Shown in pieces: positions 10,162 through 19,714 of a DNA stretch of 64,000 bases; position 1 is the stretch's first letter, and the number at the start of each line of letters is the position of its first letter. The position numbers and the translations under genes were made by a program. The notes under the pieces are model-generated. The model was not told the DNA's origin. It searched no databases and worked only from the letters and a program-made list of their open reading frames with translations. The stretch is taken from the NCBI GenBank assembly GCA_049325595.1, contig JBMOLF010000007.1, positions 32,001-96,000 on the forward strand. The letters are read 5' to 3'. The stretch comes from Candidatus Babelota bacterium. GTDB taxonomy: Bacteria; Babelota; Babeliae; Babelales; Vermiphilaceae.

Positions 10162-11520
10162 TTAATCGCGGGGTGATAGATCTTGTAGTTTTTCAAAATA
10201 ATTAGGTACGGGGAGCTCTTTTCGTATTTTAAAACTGGTAATTAATTCAATGTCATTACTCGCATACACCTCTTTTTCTACTGATCCACTGGGTCCTTGG
10301 TTGTCGTTAGCACCCATCGTTAAAAGAGCTTTTGCAACCTCATACTTTTTTTTCTTGAGAGCATGGTAGAGCAAATTGTTACCTTCAATCAGATAGTTAG
10401 GATTGGCATTGTGAGCAATTAAAGATATTAAAAATTTTTTAGCCAATTCTTCGCTGGGTATTTCAAGCACAAAAGGTAACACTGAACCGCCAGGGCCGGT
10501 ATTATCTTGATAATTATTGTTGAGTAATTTTTTTGCTATTTTGTACCGCTTACATTTTAAGGATTCAAAAAGTAAATTGTCTCCATTGGTAGGGTAATTT
10601 GGGTGTGAGTTTTGAGCAAGCAATGCGACTAGAATTCTTTTGGCTGATTTTTCATCTTCCATAGAAAGCAACAATGGAATTACCGATCCGCTAGGACCTT
10701 TGTTGTCGCCAACTCCTTGATTTAAATAAAGTTGTGCTCTTTTAAGATCACCTTTTTTTAATACACGAAATAAGTCATTATCTGGTGGTTGTTGTTTTTG
10801 AAAACTTAGAGCCCAATGAGTAGTGTTAACAGGATTGGTCATTTTTTTTTGCTCATTAACCATAAGAAATTTTTTTAACAATTTGGCAAGCTCTTTATTG
10901 GGCATTTTATCCAATAGAGGAATAATTGATTGCATAGGGCCTGGGTTGTCATAAGCACCATTTTCAATGAGCAATTCAACAAGCTTCCATTTACCATAAG
11001 TAGCTGCGTGATAAATGGTGGTATCGCCCAAGCGGGTGGGCGTATTGGGGTCAGATCCAGCATTAAGTAAATTTTGGGCTATTTCAATAGCTTTATTTTC
11101 ATCGTTTAATTGAGCAGTTAAATGCAATGGTATTTGGCCAAGGTGATTATGCGCATCAATTTTTGCATTATAAAAAATTAATTGCGCAACGCACTCATTC
11201 ATTCCGAGTCTTACTGCTTCATGAAGTGGATATTCGATGAAAAGTTTTTTTGAATTATCTGGATCTTTTCTGATAAGTGATTTTGAAGCTTTTTCATACA
11301 AGTTTTTAGTAAAGTTAATTAAATTTTCATCGGGCAATATTTTTTGTTGTGTTACATTATTGTTAAGATAGTCTGTATAAATAAATAAGCGATTATGTTG
11401 AGTTAGAAACTTATTAAATTTTGTTAAGTATTCATCTAATTCTTGATCATGTTTTTGACTCACGTAGATATTTGCTGAAAAGAGCATAATAAGTATGCTA
11501 ATGCCCAGATGCCAAACCAT
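10162..11520 (-). CDS. Exported ankyrin-repeat protein with 67-aa super-repeats
   Basis: YPLHEAV, GQIPLHLTA, GDTTIYHAA ankyrin repeats; four DNxGPxxS motifs. Confidence 0.85.
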   Translation of the reverse strand: MVWHLGISILIMLFSANIYVSQKHDQELDEYLTKFNKFLTQHNRLFIYTDYLNNNVTQQKILPDENLINFTKNLYEKASKSLIRKDPDNSKKLFIEYPLHEAVRLGMNECVAQLIFYNAKIDAHNHLGQIPLHLTAQLNDENKAIEIAQNLLNAGSDPNTPTRLGDTTIYHAATYGKWKLVELLIENGAYDNPGPMQSIIPLLDKMPNKELAKLLKKFLMVNEQKKMTNPVNTTHWALSFQKQQPPDNDLFRVLKKGDLKRAQLYLNQGVGDNKGPSGSVIPLLLSMEDEKSAKRILVALLAQNSHPNYPTNGDNLLFESLKCKRYKIAKKLLNNNYQDNTGPGGSVLPFVLEIPSEELAKKFLISLIAHNANPNYLIEGNNLLYHALKKKKYEVAKALLTMGANDNQGPSGSVEKEVYASNDIELITSFKIRKELPVPNYFEKLQDLSPRD

Positions 11521-11655
11521 AGATTCCCCCTTGTTTGATAAAATTTTAAATCTTTACTGTCTTAAAAAGCAATAACAGGCTTAGATGGTGCTCAAAGCCT
11601 TTTTTTATGCTAGGGTAACATCGTAGGTATATTCACAGTTAAAAGGAGATTTTTC

Positions 11656-12525
11656 ATGCGTATTTTTTCTGTATTAATGTTGTGCATTGTATTGTCTTCA
11701 GCGGTAAATGCGGCACCAGGACTGTTATTTTTCTTAATAGACAAGAATAACATTCGTATTGAAAGTTATTCGTTAGAGGAATTACAAACTCTCAAATCGA
11801 TAACTAATAAAGTAAGTTCATCTCATTGCAAACAGATACTTAAAGTTGGTAATAAAACACAAAAGTTGCAGGAATTAAGTTGGGATGATTCAACCCCTGA
11901 TAGGCTTCTTATAACATTCCAGGGCAAACAACTAGAGTATGCATATCTGCAATTGAGTGCATTATTTAATGACTGGCAAGCATTCAAAGCGATGCAATTT
12001 GTTCCCGGGACCTTATATCTGCTTGAAGATGCTGTAATTGAAGAAGTCTCTTATCGTACTAACCTCTTGTTGCAATTAAGTACTCTTCATCCAGAATTAA
12101 AAGACATAGAATGCTTATTTGAGCGATCTATAGCTGGAGGCTGTATTTTCTTAGTGGAAAATCTAGATGATTTAAGTATGGCTTATGCAAAAAAATCACT
12201 AACCAGACAAGACATTGATTCTCTAGAGTTAATTTCTTTGCCTGAGTCAGAATCAATCGTGACAAGTGAAGAATTATCTGTCATTGACAATGTGCCACAA
12301 GCGCCAACAGTGGTTACAACAGAAGAAGTTGTTGAGCAATCTGAACAAGAAATAGTCGCAGTTACTGCACCCATTATTCAAGAACCTGAGGTTACAATAG
12401 AACCAGCTGCTGTAGCGCAAGTAGTGGCGCCTCAAGTCAAGCCTTTATCTCTTAGTTGGTATAGTTATTTGCAGATAAAATTTGCAGCCCTGATGAGATA
12501 TTTTAATAAATTGTTATTTAGATAA
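11656..12525 (+). CDS. Hypothetical exported protein with acidic/Pro-rich C-terminal linker
   Basis: AAGGAG RBS; signal peptide; 289-aa ORF. Confidence 0.65.
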   Translation: MRIFSVLMLCIVLSSAVNAAPGLLFFLIDKNNIRIESYSLEELQTLKSITNKVSSSHCKQILKVGNKTQKLQELSWDDSTPDRLLITFQGKQLEYAYLQLSALFNDWQAFKAMQFVPGTLYLLEDAVIEEVSYRTNLLLQLSTLHPELKDIECLFERSIAGGCIFLVENLDDLSMAYAKKSLTRQDIDSLELISLPESESIVTSEELSVIDNVPQAPTVVTTEEVVEQSEQEIVAVTAPIIQEPEVTIEPAAVAQVVAPQVKPLSLSWYSYLQIKFAALMRYFNKLLFR

Positions 12526-12610
12526 TTGCTATAGGACGCTGGGAATTTGAATAAACGCATAAAATTGATATCATAAGCGAGTATCTTAATTAGTAACTCA
12601 AGCAGGTATT

Positions 12611-12979
12611 ATGAATTGTGAAATTAACCAGCGTCCGTCTATTGCGCATATCTTTTTTATGTTTGGCGCTTTTTTATTAAGCTTTGTAAATATGAATGCA
12701 TCACAAGATCTTGATTTTGATGCAATGTACCAACAGGCTGAGCAATGTGGTGCCACTCATATTAAACGAGAACCAAATCCGGTCATGGATGCGGCAATTA
12801 AATATTTAAAAATTATCTTTGTTCCTTTGATGATGGTAGGATTAAAAGCAAAGAAGCATTTAACAGATCTTTTTACGTGGACCAAGCAGCGTATAATAAT
12901 TTTATATGCACGCGCTCAAATTATGAAAAATTATATCATGCGCAAAGTTGCACAAGAAAATAATATTAAACGAATATGA
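12611..12979 (+). CDS. Hypothetical protein
   Basis: 122-aa ORF with hydrophobic segments; ATGA overlap with rsmE. Confidence 0.55.
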   Translation: MNCEINQRPSIAHIFFMFGAFLLSFVNMNASQDLDFDAMYQQAEQCGATHIKREPNPVMDAAIKYLKIIFVPLMMVGLKAKKHLTDLFTWTKQRIIILYARAQIMKNYIMRKVAQENNIKRI

Positions 12980-13719
12980 CTAAGCACGAATTTGCGCTCT
13001 ATTATCCCCATCTATCTGATTATAATGTAACAAGTGGTGTTATTACGCTTACTGATAAAGAATTAACTCACCGTATAAGTTCTATATTGCGATTACAAGT
13101 TAATGAGACGGTGATTCTTTTTAATAAAGATATCTATGTGCACCTAACATTGCAGGCAATTGCACGAAATCGAATTGATGCAATAGTAAATGCTATCCAT
13201 AAAAACAAACCAATTGAGCCTTATATCACAGCACTTATACCATTGCTCAAAAAAGATGCGTTAGAAACATTATTTTACCATCTTGTTGAGTTAGGAATTA
13301 CCTGCTACCAAATAGTAACTACACAAAAAGTTCAACGTTCCTGGCAGGGCGAAAAAGAATATCAGCGACTTGAAAATATTATGATTGCGGCAGCTGAGCA
13401 ATCTAAAAATTTTTTTATTCCCCACTCGCTTGGTCAACCAAAACCTCTTAGCGCAGTTATTGAAGAATATAATTCAAAGCCGATCCAACTTACAAAAATA
13501 TTTTTTGATGTTGATGGACAACGGATCAGTGAACTTTTTCCTCAATTAACACAATCTAATCACTTTTTAATTACTGTTGGACCGGAAGGTGATTTGACTG
13601 ACGCAGAAAAGCGTTTGTTGAAAGAACATAATTTTTACACTTGTCGTTTAACTCCCACCATATTGCGTTCATGGCAGGCTGCTACTATTGGTATAGGAAC
13701 TATACGATCTTTTTTTTAA
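12976..13719 (+). CDS. rsmE: 16S rRNA m3U1498 methyltransferase RsmE
   Basis: HRISSILRL, LVELGI, IAAAEQS, VGPEGD, ILRSWQA (SPOUT RsmE pattern). Confidence 0.88.
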   Translation: MTKHEFALYYPHLSDYNVTSGVITLTDKELTHRISSILRLQVNETVILFNKDIYVHLTLQAIARNRIDAIVNAIHKNKPIEPYITALIPLLKKDALETLFYHLVELGITCYQIVTTQKVQRSWQGEKEYQRLENIMIAAAEQSKNFFIPHSLGQPKPLSAVIEEYNSKPIQLTKIFFDVDGQRISELFPQLTQSNHFLITVGPEGDLTDAEKRLLKEHNFYTCRLTPTILRSWQAATIGIGTIRSFF

Positions 13720-13814
13720 ATTATCATTGGATCGTGCTTTTCTTGATTTTTTGATTCTATTTACGTTAGCTTAAAAAGAGCAGTAGAATCTCGAAAATTA
13801 CGGGAGCTCTTTCT

Positions 13815-14684
13815 ATGAAGCGAAGGCAGCATGAAGTTTTTATCGTCTTAGGTGCATTAATTGCATTAAGTTTTGGTATTGGGTTATTACACGGCGACGA
13901 AAAAAATAATTCTCAAAAGAGTATACACGCTGATGCTAAAGTTTCTTTGCAGCAGCTAGAACCATTGATGGAAGCACGTAGTGTTGAAAAAATTGCAAAA
14001 TCCCTTTCAATAATGCCAAAAAAACAGATTGAGACGATTGTACGAAAAATTCTAAGTGATAAAAATACTATTCTCAGTCGGAACGATAAAATTGCACTCA
14101 TCAGTGCACTATCAACAGAATTTCAACGTCATTCTCATTATGCAGATTCATTTTTTGAATTATTAGCGCAATATCCTGACCTTATTACAAAAGGTGATCC
14201 CATTTTATATGTCATGGCTCGTTTATATTATGATCCAATAATACCTCGCTTTATTAATTGGCTTTCTCAGCATAAACCACAGGGGATTCCGCCAGTATCG
14301 CAATTACTTGACCAGGCAGCACAGTTTGCCATTGAGCGTCAGTCAAGTGGTGGCGGAAAAAGATTGTTTACTCGAGGGCTTGCATTTACCAAAGAACAAC
14401 TTAATCATTACTTATGGCAGCTTGTTCATGATAATGGTAATCCTAAACTAATTGAACCATTGGTAAAGGCCGGTGCAGATATTAATACTCATTTTTTTGG
14501 AACAACGCCTCTTTTTAATGCGGTGAAGAATAATAATAGCAAAATGGTAATCGCTCTTATTAATGCAGGGGCTGATGTAAATTATGTTGCTGATAAATCA
14601 TATGGTAGTCCTATTCAAGAAGCTATCGGACAAAATTTAACATCACTAGAACTTTTGCTTCGCAGAGCTGGTGCAAGAGAATAA
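13815..14684 (+). CDS. Exported ankyrin-repeat protein
   Basis: N-terminal hydrophobic segment; LVKAGADIN, GTTPLFNAV, LINAGADVN. Confidence 0.8.
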   Translation: MKRRQHEVFIVLGALIALSFGIGLLHGDEKNNSQKSIHADAKVSLQQLEPLMEARSVEKIAKSLSIMPKKQIETIVRKILSDKNTILSRNDKIALISALSTEFQRHSHYADSFFELLAQYPDLITKGDPILYVMARLYYDPIIPRFINWLSQHKPQGIPPVSQLLDQAAQFAIERQSSGGGKRLFTRGLAFTKEQLNHYLWQLVHDNGNPKLIEPLVKAGADINTHFFGTTPLFNAVKNNNSKMVIALINAGADVNYVADKSYGSPIQEAIGQNLTSLELLLRRAGARE

Positions 14685-14688
14685 CAAA

Positions 14689-15357
14689 TTAAAAAATTTG
14701 CACTTGTTTTAAATATAAGGGCAATAATTGGAATGAATATTCACGTATGTTTTGCCATTGTTCGTATGCTTTTGTGCCAAGAAATGACAATGATGGGTGA
14801 GTTGGTATAACTTGTGGTATTACTATCCGAGATTCAAAAACCTGGTCGAGTACTGTTTTATGCAATTGATATCCATTGCCTAAAAAACGAATAGTATTGG
14901 TAGGAAATTGATTATGAATAAAATCGATAGTGCTTTTTATGGTTCCATAACCTTTTTTAATTATGCCTTGGTTGTTTACCAAGGCATAGTATACTTCTTG
15001 ATTAAAAGCGTTACTTAAAATAACTGTTTGTGGGTAGCAGTGATCGGCATATTCTTGTGAAAACAACTCCAATCCATCCAATCCTATGAGTGGTATAGCA
15101 CTACTAAAGCTTATGCCGTTAACGGTTGAGAGAACAACACGCAATGTAGTATAAGGGGCTGGGCCTTGATTGGCAGCTATAAAAGAAAGATCTGATAACT
15201 TTTTATTATTTTTTGTCAAAAGATTATTAATTAAAAGAATAATATTCTTACTAACATATAATTTATCGTCAGAAATTGAATCAACTAAATGACCGTTGTC
15301 AAAAAGCCCAATCTGAACCAAATCATAGGTGTTTGATAATGTTAAGTAATATGCCAT
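14689..15357 (-). CDS. tsaB: tRNA t6A biosynthesis protein TsaB
   Basis: LSDLSFIAANQGPAPYTTLRV (GPGSFTGLR variant), NAFNQEVY, LLPLYLK. Confidence 0.85.
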   Translation of the reverse strand: MAYYLTLSNTYDLVQIGLFDNGHLVDSISDDKLYVSKNIILLINNLLTKNNKKLSDLSFIAANQGPAPYTTLRVVLSTVNGISFSSAIPLIGLDGLELFSQEYADHCYPQTVILSNAFNQEVYYALVNNQGIIKKGYGTIKSTIDFIHNQFPTNTIRFLGNGYQLHKTVLDQVFESRIVIPQVIPTHPSLSFLGTKAYEQWQNIREYSFQLLPLYLKQVQIF

Positions 15358-15363
15358 ATGGTT

Positions 15364-15543
15364 TTAATTACGGTTGCGACATTTTTGTTGTTGGTAATAA
15401 ATACTAAAGGTATCAAATTCAATACTTTTGTCTTTTTTTAATACTACTTTACCACAGTTAAGACATTTCCATCCATCAAAATTTAAAAAATGATCAAAAA
15501 ATGATTGCAGAACCATTAGTCCGCCACAGCGTTTACACTTCAT
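15364..15543 (-). CDS. Small zinc-ribbon protein, 59 aa, not in the ORF track
   Basis: Own translation: MKCKRCGGLMVLQSFFDHFLNFDGWKCLNCGKVVLKKDKSIEFDTFSIYYQQQKCRNRN*. AAGGAG RBS; two CxxCG motifs; ends 6 bp before tsaB. Confidence 0.8.
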   Translation of the reverse strand: MKCKRCGGLMVLQSFFDHFLNFDGWKCLNCGKVVLKKDKSIEFDTFSIYYQQQKCRNRN

Positions 15544-15639
15544 TGAGGGTCTCCTTTTTTTCTACTTTTCTCAACTATAGCATAAAAAATATGGGTAAAA
15601 TCAACTAGTTAAACAGATCACTGGTAGCTTATGTTCTTT

Positions 15640-16065
15640 CTATTGCTCGTCTTCAGGTGTAGCAAATTGGTGTACAAAGGTTAAATAACTTTCCAAAATA
15701 AATGCAGCAGCTATTGAATGTGATTTAATTTTTTCTTCTTTACTTAACATTTTTTTACTTTGTTGAGCTGCTCTTTTACTGCTCAGACGCTCATCCCATA
15801 AAATCCATTGTTTATCAGAATATTCTTTTTCTAATTCTTGCTTGATAGACTCTATTTTTTTAGTTTGTTCGCTTGCAGTTCCTCGCATTGTTCTTGGGTA
15901 TCCAACCACTATTTTGGAAATAGATTCTGCAGAAAAAATTTCAGTTAAAAAAGTTTTTAACTGATCTGAGGGTACCGTGCGATACGGTCGTGCAAACATT
16001 CCAGAGAGATCAGAAAGGGCAGAACCGGTCCATGCGTCGCCAATATCAAGCGCGAGAATTTTCAT
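15640..16065 (-). CDS. ruvX: Holliday-junction-resolvase-like pre-16S rRNA nuclease RuvX/YqgF
   Basis: MKILALDIG, VVGYP, WDERLSS, AAAFILESYL. Confidence 0.92.
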   Translation of the reverse strand: MKILALDIGDAWTGSALSDLSGMFARPYRTVPSDQLKTFLTEIFSAESISKIVVGYPRTMRGTASEQTKKIESIKQELEKEYSDKQWILWDERLSSKRAAQQSKKMLSKEEKIKSHSIAAAFILESYLTFVHQFATPEDEQ

Positions 16066-16163
16066 AAGTGATTTACCTTTATTAGATACCTGATAAGATA
16101 AAATAATTATTGTGGTGATAGATTCACCCTATCATACTATTAAGCCAACATAAAGGATAACAT

Positions 16164-17507
16164 ATGGATCTGGCATCTACTATTACTAAATTAAGTGATC
16201 TTATTTTAGGATGGCCGTTAATTATTTACGTTGTTTCTATCGGCGCATTATGTACCTTTGTTTTGCGATTTATACAGATTCGTTATTTTGCAAAGGCATG
16301 GCAGTGGACTTTGCGACCAGATAAAGCAGAAATGCAAGTTGCAAAATCAGCCGATATGTCTCCTTTACAAGCTTTTATTAATGCTCTTAATATTGGGGTA
16401 GGTAATGGTAGTTTGGCTGGTATGGCAACTGCAGTGTATTCCGGAGGACCGGGTGCGGCATTATGGGTAATACTTATTAGTATTTTACTTATGGCAGTAC
16501 GCTATGCTGAAGTATATCTTGCAAGTTATTTTGCCACACATTCTGAGCAAAAAAGTTCTATTGGTGGGCCGATGCTTTATTTAAAGGCAGTACCGGGCGG
16601 TAAATATCTTGCGTATGCCTATGCACTTATGTGTGTATTGTTCGGCTTTGGCATGGCAGCAATTATGCAAAGTAATTCAATTAGATTGGCAGTAGAAAGA
16701 ACATTCAATGTTTCGCCATATATGATAGCAACATTGTTTATGCTTTTTGTTGCTTATGTTGTTGTTGGCGGTGCAAAACGTGTTGTTTCTATATCAGAAA
16801 AAATTGTACCAATTAAAGTTGGGGTGTTTTTTATCTCAAGTATTGTTGTATTGCTGTATCATTACCAGAATATTTTGCCAGCTTTAAAACTTATTTTCAT
16901 GAGTGGTATTTCTTCTCAAGCTCTTCTTGGTGGTGTTGCTGGTTATAGCGTGCAACAAGCAATGCGTTTTGGTATGGTTCGTTCAATCAATGCAACTGAA
17001 ACTGGTCTTGGTACGGCAGCAATTTTCTTTGGCGGAACAAAAAGTAAAACACCAGTAAAAGATAGTATTATGACAATGCTCAGCACCTTTATGAGTATGG
17101 CCGTTTGTTTTTTAGTTGCTTTGTGCATTATTGCAAGTGGTGTTTGGAATAATGGATTACAAAGCACCGCATTAACAAGTTCAGCATTTGAAACAGTATT
17201 TGGTAATTTTGGCCAATGGATTGTGGCATTTTTATCAATTACCTTTGGTGTGGGGGTAACTGTATCGTATGTATATATTACCCGTGAATCGTGGCTCACC
17301 GTTACTGGCGGACGCTTTGTGCAATTATTTGGTGTACTCTATGCAGTAGCAGCATTTGTTGGTGCATTAATGAATGTTGATCTAGTATGGATGATTGCTG
17401 ACTGGATTAATGGCGGTCTATTGCTTATTAACTTATTTGGTATTGTATGCCTTATTCCGTTAATTCGAGCAGGATTAAAAGCGTTTGAACAACATAAACA
17501 TCAATAA
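16164..17507 (+). CDS. Alanine/glycine:cation symporter (AGCS family)
   Basis: SPLQA, GVGNGSLAG, GGPGAALW, GGPMLYL, ETGLGTA; about 11 TM helices. Confidence 0.9.
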   Translation: MDLASTITKLSDLILGWPLIIYVVSIGALCTFVLRFIQIRYFAKAWQWTLRPDKAEMQVAKSADMSPLQAFINALNIGVGNGSLAGMATAVYSGGPGAALWVILISILLMAVRYAEVYLASYFATHSEQKSSIGGPMLYLKAVPGGKYLAYAYALMCVLFGFGMAAIMQSNSIRLAVERTFNVSPYMIATLFMLFVAYVVVGGAKRVVSISEKIVPIKVGVFFISSIVVLLYHYQNILPALKLIFMSGISSQALLGGVAGYSVQQAMRFGMVRSINATETGLGTAAIFFGGTKSKTPVKDSIMTMLSTFMSMAVCFLVALCIIASGVWNNGLQSTALTSSAFETVFGNFGQWIVAFLSITFGVGVTVSYVYITRESWLTVTGGRFVQLFGVLYAVAAFVGALMNVDLVWMIADWINGGLLLINLFGIVCLIPLIRAGLKAFEQHKHQ

Positions 17508-17508
17508 T

Positions 17509-18921
17509 ATGAATTCTTATTTGCCAAAAACTTTTTTAGTAACATCGCATACCAAATATGTTGGCCAAGGTAGCACTTTTGTAGCCATTAAAGGGCAAAA
17601 AGAAAATGGTGTTACCTACATTACCCATGCGCTTGAAAAAGGAGCTACGACTATTGTAGTAGCTCATGATGAACTGTTATCTAATGAAATTGTTCAAGCA
17701 CTAGCGTCACACCAAGCAAAACTTGTAAGAGTAGCTAATACACGCCAGGCGCTTGCTCAATTAAGTGCACAGGCCTATAATTTTCCTGCGCGTAAATTAA
17801 AAATTATTGCCATAACAGGAACTAAAGGTAAAACAACGACCAGTTGGATGTTGGCACATTTTTTTAAACAAGCAGGATTAAAAACTGCATTATTAAGTAC
17901 CGTTCGTAATCGTATTTTAGATACAGAATTCCAATCAGAACTTACCACTCCTCAGCCTGATTATATTCATGCTTTTTTACAGGCATGTGTAGCTCGAGAA
18001 GTTGAGTGGGTTGTCATGGAAACAGCAGCACAAGCAGCTTCGCTTTATCGTATTGACGGTATAGAGTTTGATGGAGCAATTTATACTAATTTTAGCTCGA
18101 CGCACGCTGAATTTTATGCTCGTGTAGAAGATTATTTTGCTGCAAAAAAGCAAATTTTAGAGCAAGTAAAAGCATCATGTCCCATAATTTTAAACGGTGA
18201 TGACAGCAAAGTATTTGCATTACAGCACTATTTTCCCAATGCCTATTGTACCTATGAAAATGGTGTTTATCGCATATGCAAAACCAACGTTGGTATTGCG
18301 TGGCAATATGCGTATCAAGGAAGATTATATAATTTTGAATGTCCCTCATTAATTGGTTCATTTAATATTAGTAACTTTGCAATGGCAATAACGCTTGCAT
18401 TAAAATGTTCTCTTTCTATTAGTGATCTACAAACTTTTTGTAAAACATTTACTGGGGTGCCTGGTCGATTAGAACGCTATCAGCTACCTAATGGTGCCAG
18501 CTGTTTTATAGATTATGCCCACACACCATCATCGTTTACAGCGGTTCTTTCGTTGTTGCGAAATATGACTCAACAATTAATCGTAGTATTTGGAGCAGGC
18601 GGCGAGAGAGATCGCAGTATGAGACCGCAGCTTGGCGATATAGCAAGCACACTTGCCGATGCTATTGTATTAACGATGGATAATCCACGTAGTGAGCAAG
18701 TAACCGATATTATTACTGATATTCTTGCAGGAATTGACCAATCCTATAAACAAAAAGTATTAGTAGAAGTTGACCGCGCACGAGCAATTGAAAAAGCATA
18801 TACAATAAGTCAGCCGGGGGCTATTATTGCATTGCTTGGCAAAGGGCCAGATGAATACCAAATTATTGGCACTCAAAAATTGCCATTTAGTGAGCGTGCA
18901 ATTGTTGCTTCATTCCGCTAA
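17509..18921 (+). CDS. murE: UDP-MurNAc-dipeptide:meso-DAP ligase MurE
   Basis: ITGTKGKTTT, TTP, VPGRLE, DYAHTP, FGAGGERD, DNPR (DAP-specificity motif), GKG. Confidence 0.93.
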   Translation: MNSYLPKTFLVTSHTKYVGQGSTFVAIKGQKENGVTYITHALEKGATTIVVAHDELLSNEIVQALASHQAKLVRVANTRQALAQLSAQAYNFPARKLKIIAITGTKGKTTTSWMLAHFFKQAGLKTALLSTVRNRILDTEFQSELTTPQPDYIHAFLQACVAREVEWVVMETAAQAASLYRIDGIEFDGAIYTNFSSTHAEFYARVEDYFAAKKQILEQVKASCPIILNGDDSKVFALQHYFPNAYCTYENGVYRICKTNVGIAWQYAYQGRLYNFECPSLIGSFNISNFAMAITLALKCSLSISDLQTFCKTFTGVPGRLERYQLPNGASCFIDYAHTPSSFTAVLSLLRNMTQQLIVVFGAGGERDRSMRPQLGDIASTLADAIVLTMDNPRSEQVTDIITDILAGIDQSYKQKVLVEVDRARAIEKAYTISQPGAIIALLGKGPDEYQIIGTQKLPFSERAIVASFR

Positions 18922-19022
18922 AGCTATTGCTTTTAAAAAATCCGATTTTCTGGTAATTGGGTATTTCCTTTTGATAGCGTAAAATTGGTTATTTTTCTTT
19001 AATCAATTTAAAAGGAGTATCC

Positions 19023-19598
19023 ATGAATAATCATCATAATCAAGAACAGCTTAATGAATTAAAGCCTTTACCTGAACGATGGTTGGGATTGCTTGGTCTT
19101 GGTATTTTATTGGTTGTGCTAGGCACTATTGCCTTAGGACTGTCAGTGTATACCACTTTGGCGAGTGTGTTAGTATTTGGTGGATTTTTAATTGCCGGTG
19201 GGATTTTGCAATTAATTCACGCATTTTATTGGAAGACATGGCGTGGATTTATTGTTGATTTTATTATTGGTATTTTAAATACCGTGGTAGGCGGATTACT
19301 TATTGCACGTCCTGCAGAAGGTGCGCTTTCACTTACCTTATTGCTTGCCGCATTCTTTTTAGTATCAGGATTATTTAAAATTGGTATTGCTATTGCCCGA
19401 CGCATGGAACATTATGGATGGGTAATTGTCAGCGGTGTAATAAATGTTATTTTAGGACTGCTTATTTTAGCGCAATGGCCAAGCTCAGGGTTGTGGGTTA
19501 TTGGCGCATTTATAGCAATCGATTTGCTCTTTAGTGGGTGGAGCTATATTATGCTTGCATTGTATATAAATCGTTTTAAAAAGAAATTGCACTCATAA
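19023..19598 (+). CDS. HdeD family (DUF308) membrane protein
   Basis: Six TM helices in the HdeD pattern; WPSSGLWVIG..IDLLFSG; AAGGAG RBS. Confidence 0.88.
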   Translation: MNNHHNQEQLNELKPLPERWLGLLGLGILLVVLGTIALGLSVYTTLASVLVFGGFLIAGGILQLIHAFYWKTWRGFIVDFIIGILNTVVGGLLIARPAEGALSLTLLLAAFFLVSGLFKIGIAIARRMEHYGWVIVSGVINVILGLLILAQWPSSGLWVIGAFIAIDLLFSGWSYIMLALYINRFKKKLHS

Positions 19599-19714
19599 AT
19601 AATAGTCTTTAATTTGCCATCTACTCGTGCGATTCTTTACAAATATATGAATTCTGAATACTATAAATAAGTTGTTTCTTTTCACTTATTTAACACAAAA
19701 ATGTTACTAACGAG

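Noticed and set aside
10092..10196. Apparent overlap between ORFs 8982-10196 and 10162-11520
   Set aside because: It disappears with the RBS-supported start at 10091.
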